A DNA stretch of 64,000 nucleotides from an uncultured Gammaproteobacteria bacterium (GTDB lineage: Bacteria; Patescibacteriota; Microgenomatia; Levybacterales; UBA12049), in assembly GCA_964416445.1 (NCBI GenBank), contig CAYQEE010000002.1:42691-106690 (forward strand). The letters are read 5' to 3'. Positions within the stretch are counted from its first letter, which is position 1, and every line of letters starts with the position of its first letter. The notes under the pieces were generated by a model that was given only the letters and a program-made list of their open reading frames with translations, did not search any database and was not told where the DNA came from. Below, in pieces: positions 32,672-42,100 of this stretch. A program made the translations under genes and the position numbers.

Positions 32672-32682
32672 ATTACCTCATT

Positions 32683-34605
32683 CTAAAGTGCTTGGATAAT
32701 TTTTTTCACATTCGTAGTATTCAATTCGTCACTAAATCTTTTATATTCTTTGAATGTAGGTTTTCGATGCTTTCTGCGTTCATATTCAGCGACAATTTGA
32801 TCTAAGTTAGCTTTCCTCATTCGAAAATCACTACTTGAACGCATTTTTTGAAGAGTTATATGTAATGGCTCACCTATAGGGTATACCCTTTGCGCATATT
32901 TATCTGTAGCATATGAGTTACGTCCCAGGAGTACTTTATACAAACGACTCACATCGGCAGTTTCACCTAAAGCATTTCTTTTTTCTGATCTATCAAATTC
33001 GTCAACCATAAGATTTTCTGATAATTGTGTAAAAGAATAACGAGCAAGTACATGATCTCTAATCATTGACACAACATCTACCCATGCATGATCTGTATTG
33101 TAATCTGCTCTTCCTAATGCTTCATTTCTTAAAAGACGCATATCTTCACGAAGTTGGGTTATCCAGTTAGCATTTTCCGCATCATAAAGTACATGTTCCT
33201 GAGCCATACGTCCTCGAATATCAGCTAATTGAACTCCTTGGGGGATTTGTTTATAGAGACGATAATAATAGGCGAATCCCCAGGGATCAGGTTTTCGATG
33301 TGCTTCTTGTTCATACAGATGTTCCACTTCTTCCTTTTCTCTTATATTTTCCGCATGTTCAGGCCTAACGATCAACTGATCAAATAAAATGCCTAACGTT
33401 TGTGGACTACCTCCAGGACCACCGGAGAGAAAATTTCGAATCTCAGGAATTTGTAATGCAGCACGTCTATTTGGTAATCGAATACCCAATAATAAGTCAT
33501 ACATTTGAATTGCTTCATCAAGATTAATCATATTTTCAGCTCTCTGCAACGAACCACCGCCGAGAAAATTATCTGATTCATCAAAATTATTATCTGGATC
33601 CATTGCAGTTTGATGATCTCTAAAAAATTTATGCCAAACAAAACCATCTCGCGCATTTAACCCATCACGAAATTGTTTACTTCTAATAGCTTCTTCTTGT
33701 ATTTGTGCAAGTGTCATCCCTTGCGCTTGCTTTTCAAGCATAAGTGCTTCATCCTCTTGATCTAAAGGCCATGTTTTAAAAAATCGATACCACGACGTAA
33801 ATGCACTATCATCATTCCGTATATGCCAAGAATCCGCGCCTAAAATCTTCCCTTCAGTTTTTACCGGAGGTACTGAGCCATGCTGTTCCATCATTGAGGT
33901 AATTAATTGAACATCACGCTGTTTCATTCTTTCCATCCCATCATCCGTTGCTGCTTCATGAACCATCCGAAGACAGTTCGCAGCAACGACGGTGAAGTCA
34001 CTAATATGCATTGTTTGTCCAAAGGCAGGGAGAATATATTGATGCTCTAATTTTGCTTCAAGATCTAAAATATCAAGTATTTCTCTTCTCATAATCCAAC
34101 TTTCATCTAAGCTTTTTCCCGGTACTAAATTTTCTAAAGGTAACGCATTAATTCTTTCATTATATTGCTCGGGAGTTTCCACTCCCCTTGGAGGAAACAG
34201 ATGAACAACTGCGCGTAATTGCTCAGGAGATAATTGATGATACCCAGTCCGAGCAAAATACTCTCCAATCGCATACGCTGCATGAGAATACACTTCCCCA
34301 GATTGTACCGCATTTTCTAATTCAGGAGATAATTGTTGCAACCAATTACTATCTTGTTGGTCATAGGTAAAAAGTGCTTTTTGATCTTGAGGTCGTGGAT
34401 ACAAATGAGAATTAATCTGTTGTGCTGAAAATTGTTTGTCTGCCGCAGCTTGTAACGCGTTTCCCCATCCTCTACCCCGCTCATCTAATGATAGATTTGC
34501 ATTTATACAAGTTTTTATGCCAGTATTAATTTTCTCCGTTAAAAGATTTTCTCGATGTATCAACTGTGGACCAGTTTCTACGCCTTGTGATAAAAAATCA
34601 GACAT
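32683..34605 (-). CDS. 640-aa hypothetical protein; N-terminal ~230 aa paralogous to the upstream gene
   Basis: Long ORF closely coupled to neighbours; shares RG..W.NAL, AI.EYF.R..YH.L..EQ and W.MRREILD.L with 34620-36152. Confidence 0.8.
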   Translation of the reverse strand: MSDFLSQGVETGPQLIHRENLLTEKINTGIKTCINANLSLDERGRGWGNALQAAADKQFSAQQINSHLYPRPQDQKALFTYDQQDSNWLQQLSPELENAVQSGEVYSHAAYAIGEYFARTGYHQLSPEQLRAVVHLFPPRGVETPEQYNERINALPLENLVPGKSLDESWIMRREILDILDLEAKLEHQYILPAFGQTMHISDFTVVAANCLRMVHEAATDDGMERMKQRDVQLITSMMEQHGSVPPVKTEGKILGADSWHIRNDDSAFTSWYRFFKTWPLDQEDEALMLEKQAQGMTLAQIQEEAIRSKQFRDGLNARDGFVWHKFFRDHQTAMDPDNNFDESDNFLGGGSLQRAENMINLDEAIQMYDLLLGIRLPNRRAALQIPEIRNFLSGGPGGSPQTLGILFDQLIVRPEHAENIREKEEVEHLYEQEAHRKPDPWGFAYYYRLYKQIPQGVQLADIRGRMAQEHVLYDAENANWITQLREDMRLLRNEALGRADYNTDHAWVDVVSMIRDHVLARYSFTQLSENLMVDEFDRSEKRNALGETADVSRLYKVLLGRNSYATDKYAQRVYPIGEPLHITLQKMRSSSDFRMRKANLDQIVAEYERRKHRKPTFKEYKRFSDELNTTNVKKIIQAL

Positions 34606-34619
34606 ATCTTCTTATTCCG

Positions 34620-36152
34620 TTATATTTTAGTATACACGCCTCTCTTATCCTTTGAGAGTGCCATTGCGATATCTCTCATCACATTATCAGCAAATACTTG
34701 ATTTTTTTGTCCGATTGAGTTCCCTGGTAATTGATCTGCTTCATAAGTTTGTGGCTTTGTAAATATTACCTTATGAATAAAAGAACCATTTGACAACATT
34801 TCTTCACTGAAGGCTACTCCTACCACTGGGGCATGACTTTGCCTTGCGAGTAACCCTATTCCGCGTTGTGGACGTAACACTTCCTCTGCAGGAACCCCCT
34901 CAGGAGAAAGTAGAACAGCCTTGCCCTGATTGAGCGAATTAAGACAACTGTCCATAAAATTTGTTCCTTTCTTGTTTGCATTTGAAACATCAATCATATC
35001 AATATCATATAACTGACTAGCGCGCTCAACGCATTTATCGAGTAACCAAGGGAATTGTCTTTTGAGTAATTTCGGAGCTGTTTCAATGAAATAATTTAAA
35101 TACGCTACTAAAGCAATTCCTTTAGAATCTCTTTTCCCCTTTACTTCCTTAATCAGTGTTGCTAGTTCCCAGTTACTCGGTATTTGTCTATCCTTCCATC
35201 TATCTGTCATATGAGAGAATGCAATAACAACTGGACCACTTTTCGGAATATTCTCTACACCTTCAACATGTATATCTTCAGGCAGATCTAATATTGTCTC
35301 CATATCATGTCTAAAATCACGTGTTTGTGGGTTAGCTACCATTGATAGTAACATTAAAGGATGAGCAAGAAATCTTAACGTTGTTTCCATTTTAGACTTT
35401 TTATATGTGCTAATCTGATTTCCATTTAATGCATCTAAATCACGAACATTTATTTGATTCATACCACTGATCGTACTGGCTTGATGCACAGTATGTAATG
35501 CATCTCCACTAATTCGCATGAGATCAGTTATATATATCGTTTTCCCACGTGTATGTGAGAGAACTTTACGATTAATATTATTACTAACCTCAAGCATATC
35601 TAGTATTTCTCTTCGCATAACCCAAGTTTCTTCGGGTGATTTGTTAGGAACAATTACATTTGCGGCTTCTGATTCAACACGGTGTTTATAGGCACCAAAG
35701 TTTTCCTGATGAGCCATAGGAGGAAACATGCTCGAAAATGAATTTATCTGTTCTTCATTAAGGTTATGATAATCTGAACGCAAAAAGTATTCAAGAATTG
35801 CAAAAGCAGCTTGTGTATTAATTTCTCCCCGTTTTACCCTTTTCAACAATATGGGCGAATAACTCTCCAGTATTCTTTCATCTACAATAAAAGATTTATC
35901 AATAGTTGGTTGTTTATATTCAGCAGGACGAATATTTTGGGCAAGTTGTAAGCGAATAAAATATTTATCAATGACATTATTTAACGCATTATTCCAAGCT
36001 GCCCCTCTTGCTTCTAGTGGCTTGCTTGTATCCATACACGTACGCACATCTTGGCTAATTCTTTGAGTAAGGACGCGTTCTTTTTGTAATCTATTTTCTT
36101 TAACTACCTCACGTGCAATGGGTGTACGCAGTAATGCTCCTTCAAAAACCAT
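34620..36152 (-). CDS. Unknown N-terminal domain fused to a PlsC-like lysophospholipid acyltransferase
   Basis: C-terminal VEGVENIPKSGPVVIAFSH, LLSPEG, RGIGLLA...APVV blocks of the GPAT/AGPAT family. Confidence 0.75.
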   Translation of the reverse strand: MVFEGALLRTPIAREVVKENRLQKERVLTQRISQDVRTCMDTSKPLEARGAAWNNALNNVIDKYFIRLQLAQNIRPAEYKQPTIDKSFIVDERILESYSPILLKRVKRGEINTQAAFAILEYFLRSDYHNLNEEQINSFSSMFPPMAHQENFGAYKHRVESEAANVIVPNKSPEETWVMRREILDMLEVSNNINRKVLSHTRGKTIYITDLMRISGDALHTVHQASTISGMNQINVRDLDALNGNQISTYKKSKMETTLRFLAHPLMLLSMVANPQTRDFRHDMETILDLPEDIHVEGVENIPKSGPVVIAFSHMTDRWKDRQIPSNWELATLIKEVKGKRDSKGIALVAYLNYFIETAPKLLKRQFPWLLDKCVERASQLYDIDMIDVSNANKKGTNFMDSCLNSLNQGKAVLLSPEGVPAEEVLRPQRGIGLLARQSHAPVVGVAFSEEMLSNGSFIHKVIFTKPQTYEADQLPGNSIGQKNQVFADNVMRDIAMALSKDKRGVYTKI

Positions 36153-36159
36153 AGATATA

Positions 36160-38943
36160 TTATTGTCCTCCTGCTCCTACTACAATTTTTTCATTAAATG
36201 CACCAAAGATACCACTCTCTCCTGCATGAGCTGCAGCTAGATACCAGTCGCCATGGTCTTCCCAAGGTATTGATCTCCAAATATTAATCCATGTGGGAGA
36301 AGGTTGATCAGTAATAAATTTCTGAAAAGTCTGAGCGACATCTACGGGATTTTGATCTTGATACCCAAGTAATCGACGTCTATGGAGATTTTGAGCAGCA
36401 TCCATTAGTCCTTTAATAGCAACCTGATTCAAAAGTAAAAGGCTTTCCCGTGAATACCCTCGAGCAGCAACGTTCTCGGTAGGATTTTTTCGGGCTATTT
36501 TAGGTCCGACACCTCTTTTCTTGTCTTCAATAGCGGTAGCAGATGAATACGGACCATTATACAGAGCTTCAAACACTAAAAGCATATTATATGGATCGAG
36601 ATTAATTCCTGCATTCCCATTATCTTGCAAAAATCCATGCACGTGAGGAACATTCAATCTTGCATATTCACTGATATCTAAAAATTGTCCATCAACTACC
36701 TTTGCAGGATCAAGATCTTTTAAAAGAGCTTCAAATTTTAGAAACGTTTTTCCTGATCCACAGATTTGATCAGTAAGAATTACTTTTTTTGCTTTATCAA
36801 TACCTAATTGTTTAATGTATTTCTTATAGGTTTCTCGAAATTGAGCATCATCATCAAAACGATCAACAAATGCTCTCGAGACATGCATATATTTTATTTG
36901 ATCAGCTTTCACTCCCTTGTATACATCTGGTTCAAGGAATCTCATTAATTTTGCAACGACAGCCATTCCTAATCCATCACGTGCTAGGCATAACATCATA
37001 TCCATCTCCCCATTTGCTAATCTTTTAAGCTGTTGGTCAACAAGAGCTAAATAAGCAGGACCTGTTACTTCTCTTGATTTGTGATATATTTCCTGTGCCA
37101 TTTCACGCATTCGTGCACGTTCATGTGCAGGAACATGATAATTTTCCATCATTTGATCTATTTCAGCTTTTGCTTCTTGATTTTGTGAGTATAGATGCGC
37201 TTGGAGTGCTCTCTCTGCATAACCGGAATAATTATTATGATAAAAATCAGCTTTATCGAGATCTCTGTATGCAGTTAAATCTGGATTATTATATTGAATC
37301 GCATTCGCTCCTGCATTTTTTCCTCCCATTGCATCGTCCCAGGGATTATCTCCTACATGAATAATACGATCATAGCCACTAACTCCTAATTTATCCCATG
37401 AATAATGAAAAAAGTCTGTTATATGAGGTTTTTTCATTTTTCCCATCTGAGAAGAATAACTAATCGCAGCTTGATCAAGATTGTTACGATCAAAATTATA
37501 AAAATATTCCAGTAATCCAAATTTATGTAATACCCGTCTAATATGCTCACCAGACCAGGATGCATTTGAAGTTAATGCAACTTTGACTCCCATTGCATTA
37601 AGCTGTCGTAATGTATCTAACGCTCCCGGCATCGCACATGCGGTCTCTAATTCTACCGTATACCATGATTTTACTAAGTCTTGAACAATTTGATTGCGTA
37701 ATTGAGATGCATTGTTAGCTGGTTCACTTTTCGTAACAAATCTATTCCATAATTTAGCTACTCCTCTACTTTGACCCTGAACCTGATCTTGTAAATGGGT
37801 GATATTTTTTAGTCGAATGACATCATCTAACATCCACTTCATCGTTTCTTCAATTTTTACTTCATTTCCCGCTGCTTGGAATTCATCCCAACGTTTTCGC
37901 CAAGCTTCCCTACTAATTTGAGCAAATTCTGCTTCAGTCAAGGTGATACCGTATTTTTCCTCAAGTATTGTTACTGCTAATGTATCCATTCGATCTCTTC
38001 TTTCCTCTTGGCCACTTGACCATTGCACAAGAGTATCATACATATCAAAAGATACCGCTTCAATTTCAGGATGATTACGAGTTATATCAAGTATTTGTGT
38101 TAAATTTTGAATTTCTGTTGGCATTTTATCTTTTTCCACAATCGCCTCTACGAGCATTCGCATACTATCATTGGTAAAACAATCTCTAAATTCATTATTT
38201 GCACTTACAGCTATTCCAACAAAATTTGCAAGAGGAACTCGATCAGGATTCGCTGATTGCGCCTGGACTGACTCTAATGCATGAGCTCGCATCAATGTAT
38301 CTGCAACTAAATTTCCAATATCATTATCAAACATATTAATTTTTGACAAATCTTGATGAGCAACAATAAAACTAATTGCTCGTGCTCGGTCAAGAGGTGT
38401 CATGTCATATTCTCCAGTTTCCATAACAGAAGCGAATGCTACTGCTTGCGATTTGCTAATTCTTTTAGAACGATACATTTGCTCGAGTACTGTGCCCCCA
38501 TGCAATCGTAAATACTGTAAATCTCGTTCAGTTGCTAAATCTGGCGTGTAGTCTTCTTCTGTTGTTCGAATTGTTGCTTGGGTCTCTTTTCTTTTTGCAT
38601 AATCAGACATAAGAAGGTCCATTACTTTTGCTGCTGAAGCATTATCCATAGAATTACTCCCTGCCATTACTTCATTTGCGAAAGCAATTGATACTAACCG
38701 AGTACGGGCGTAATTTGACAAGCCATCAAAATTAGCTGTCATAAAACGAACTCTATCTAAAGCTGCATCTGAAACAGTAATATTCATCGCTATAGCAGTT
38801 TCATGGAGTGATACTTTGTTTTTTGACGATATTATTGCATTAAGATTTCGTTGCGTATTATCAACACTAGGAATACTATTAATCTTTGTTGTAGATTCTT
38901 GCGGTAAAGTCCCATTTGATTCAACTAATAAAACATCTGACAT
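36160..38943 (-). CDS. 927-aa HAD-superfamily hydrolase with large N- and C-terminal extensions
   Basis: HAD motifs SFDMYDTL, LTSNAS, KKP, HVGDNPWDD; C-terminal domain with LARDG. Confidence 0.75.
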   Translation of the reverse strand: MSDVLLVESNGTLPQESTTKINSIPSVDNTQRNLNAIISSKNKVSLHETAIAMNITVSDAALDRVRFMTANFDGLSNYARTRLVSIAFANEVMAGSNSMDNASAAKVMDLLMSDYAKRKETQATIRTTEEDYTPDLATERDLQYLRLHGGTVLEQMYRSKRISKSQAVAFASVMETGEYDMTPLDRARAISFIVAHQDLSKINMFDNDIGNLVADTLMRAHALESVQAQSANPDRVPLANFVGIAVSANNEFRDCFTNDSMRMLVEAIVEKDKMPTEIQNLTQILDITRNHPEIEAVSFDMYDTLVQWSSGQEERRDRMDTLAVTILEEKYGITLTEAEFAQISREAWRKRWDEFQAAGNEVKIEETMKWMLDDVIRLKNITHLQDQVQGQSRGVAKLWNRFVTKSEPANNASQLRNQIVQDLVKSWYTVELETACAMPGALDTLRQLNAMGVKVALTSNASWSGEHIRRVLHKFGLLEYFYNFDRNNLDQAAISYSSQMGKMKKPHITDFFHYSWDKLGVSGYDRIIHVGDNPWDDAMGGKNAGANAIQYNNPDLTAYRDLDKADFYHNNYSGYAERALQAHLYSQNQEAKAEIDQMMENYHVPAHERARMREMAQEIYHKSREVTGPAYLALVDQQLKRLANGEMDMMLCLARDGLGMAVVAKLMRFLEPDVYKGVKADQIKYMHVSRAFVDRFDDDAQFRETYKKYIKQLGIDKAKKVILTDQICGSGKTFLKFEALLKDLDPAKVVDGQFLDISEYARLNVPHVHGFLQDNGNAGINLDPYNMLLVFEALYNGPYSSATAIEDKKRGVGPKIARKNPTENVAARGYSRESLLLLNQVAIKGLMDAAQNLHRRRLLGYQDQNPVDVAQTFQKFITDQPSPTWINIWRSIPWEDHGDWYLAAAHAGESGIFGAFNEKIVVGAGGQ

Positions 38944-38945
38944 AA

Positions 38946-39110
38946 TTATAAATTTATTAGATCAACTATTTCACTAGCTGCATCGTTTGTGTTTTCATTT
39001 TGAACAATTTCGTCTAACTTATCATTATAATAAGAGACCTCTTCAGGTAATGAATCTTTTTTACGGTTACTTTCTTTTTTATTGTAAGGTAAGGTCTTTA
39101 GTTTTTTCAT
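38946..39110 (-). CDS. 54-aa ORF, or frameshifted C-terminus of the 1602-aa protein
   Basis: MKKLKTLPYNKK...EIVDLINL*; starts at an A6 run overlapping the end of the upstream gene and stops 2 nt before the HAD gene ATG. Confidence 0.45.
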   Translation of the reverse strand: MKKLKTLPYNKKESNRKKDSLPEEVSYYNDKLDEIVQNENTNDAASEIVDLINL

Positions 39111-42100
39111 ACAAGGTAATAAAAAGGAATAATTTATCATCAACGTCTGGCGCACTAAGATTAATTAACGGTCGTTGTGATAAAAATTTCGCTAATAAAA
39201 TTGATACTCCTCGAGATAAATTAGGATCAATTGATAAATCTGGGAATAAAACAGCTAATGCATTTACTCTATCTATGAGATTAATATCAAGGGATGGCTC
39301 TTCTTTCATACTTTCCTGAGGAGGATTCTTTTTAAGCCATACGACCATCTCTCTAAACCATCCGGCAGCTGTAGATTCACTTACGCCTGCAAGAAGAGCT
39401 TCATCCTTAAATTCTCTTGATCTGTTTAACGCGAGCGAGCGAGATTCTGCTGCTATTGGGGAGAGATGTTCATCAGCTAAAAATAGCTCGAGGTTCATTT
39501 GATCAACAGCAACAAATCCTTCTGGAGATTGATTCAGCTGGGCTAATTGTTCAAGTGATGGATTGAGAGGAGTATAAGGTGGAGCAGATGGTGCTGTATT
39601 TGGTTGACTCTCTACTGGTTGTTGCACTGGTCTTTGAGGTTCTGGTGTTAAAAGATTATCAAGAGCCTGTTGCAGTTGAGGCGTTATCGGAACATCTGCA
39701 TTTTGAGGTTGCGATCCTCCACCCGGAAGAGTTGGAGTTTCAACAGGTGGTACTCCCCTTCCATTTACTTCTTGAGAAATAGGTGCAACTGGAGAAACTT
39801 GGGGGGTATTAGGCCGAGGATAAGTAGGAACATTCATTCCATTCCCCGATCCTGCTTCAATAGGCGTTTGCGGTAGTGGAATACCTCCTACTGGTTGATT
39901 AAGTTGCGATGGCCCAGAAGCTTGCCGATTCCCTGGCATTGGAATATTAACTCCATACTGATACGGATTATTTACATTAATTTGTGGTTGTGGTGGAATA
40001 TTTGGGCTACCGGGAGGAGGAGTAATATTTGGACCATATTGATAGGGATTATTAGGAGTTTGCGGTACGTTTGGTGATGGCTGAATATTAGCGCCTGATT
40101 GGTAGGGAGAATTTGGAGCCAAAGGTGGTGTGGGAACATTCCCAACTGCTGCCGGTATTGGTGGTACATTCGGAGTAGTTGGAACCGGTGGAAGATTTGG
40201 GTTACCTCCATTATTTTGAGGCCCCGGCGCTTGATTAATAGGAGGAATATGGACTTTCTTTTTCTTTGGTGGTTCAGGAGGAGGAAGTCCAATACCAGGG
40301 AGATTTTGTTGATTATTTATATTTGGGCTAATGGGAGCATTAAGTGCAGCATTTGCGGGAGATAACGCATTCGCATTATAAGCGTTATTGGGAATTTGAG
40401 GCCTATTCTGTCGTGCAAACCCACTCGAACTGTATGGACTATTTGGGTTATAAGGACTATACGGATTATATGGACTATATGGACTCGGAATAATTGGAGG
40501 TGGAACTTGCGGAATGGGAGGAAGGCCTGGTGGAATTGTCGGACCGGGTGTTCGATCAACTAAGTCTCGCGGGTTAAAGATTAAAGGAAGAATAGGAGCA
40601 TCTATTGGTCCACCTGGCCCTGGTATGTTTTGCGGTACAACTCCAAAATCAATTTCGTTTATTGGTGTCGTAATTGCAGTTCTTGGTACAATAGAGACAG
40701 TTGCAGTAGATGTTTCGTTAAAGGGACGTGAAGCAAAGAAATGCATTGTAATTCCTTTTGTTCCATGTTGGATCCAATTAGAAGATTCTATAATCTGTCC
40801 ATTCGAATCAGTTGGAACACCCGCACCAACCCAGGCAACGAGTTCATTCGGCGTTCCTTGAGGAGTTTGTAATTCCGGAGGAAGAATTGCTGTACCATCC
40901 TTGCCACATGGTAACCAAAGTTCTTGACCACTTTTCAAACGTACAACCATAACCATTTTATCGTGTGGAATTTGGGGAGGATGGAGTAAATCGGTAATAT
41001 TTTTGTTTACATCAATAATATGTTGTAATTCTGTATCGTTATGATTTCCTAAGAATTTTGTATACTCAGAAATCAATGCTTGATATTTATCAGGATGGGT
41101 AAGCGCGTCTTTCGGCAATAATCCTGCTTCAACAAGACCTTGTATACGAGACTCAAGACCAAATTGCTCTGCGGTAATTGGATTTGCTAATACTCCCCCA
41201 AAGTTTAATGCCCCTTTATGGTTAAACCAGTTGCCTCCATTCGTCCAATCACGACCATCTCCCCAATGTAAATCTAATTCTAATCCTGCATACTGCTGAG
41301 GTACTCCTCCATTCATTCTTGTTAAATTGGTATAGTCACTAAATATATGATGATAACTCTCACCATAGTTTTGTGATTCAATATATGCTCCATATTCAGT
41401 AAGTAAATCTGGATGATGTTGGTAGAGATTATTCCAAGCATCGTTGAGTTGTTGAACTGTTTTAGGATTGTCTACAACTGCCCATAAATTTGCACTTGGA
41501 TCTGAAGCATTTTGAGGATCGAGAACGAGATTTCCATTTGCATCATGAGACATAATGAAGGTATAGTCATGTCCATTATGATCAATAACTGTTCGCATAT
41601 GGGACAAATCAACATTTTTGACATGATAACCGTCGGGTAAATAAAAATTAATTCCTGATTTATCGTGAATAAGATGACCATAATTTTGTTCTGATTGAAT
41701 TATTTTAAGTATTTCACTATCGTTTCCATGATTTGTGAGATCCCATTGTTTGAAGGCAGTCTCAACATGGCCTTTTTGTAATAATGCATGTTCTTTTGTC
41801 GCTATTTGAAAGTCAGAAGGCAATACATCATGACTGCTTAAAGGTGCACCTAAATGCCCTCCATTAATATCACTAATATATTGATAATTATATGTTTTGC
41901 CAGTAACATGATCGATAAAGGTAATTCTATGCTGTCCTGTTAAAGACGCGTCCCATCCTTTCGGTAAATTTAGCTGTAAATTGTTTGCCACTTTATCAAT
42001 ATGAAATCCTGGTCCCGAGGAGATAAGATTTGGTTGACGATGAAATATTGTATCAATTGTATTTCCTACGTTATGAACCCCAGCCGCAATTGATTGTCCA

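Noticed and set aside
40251-40270. PKKKKV resembling an SV40-type nuclear localisation signal in the 1602-aa protein
   Set aside because: Short Lys runs arise easily in AT-rich genomes and nothing here indicates a eukaryotic host
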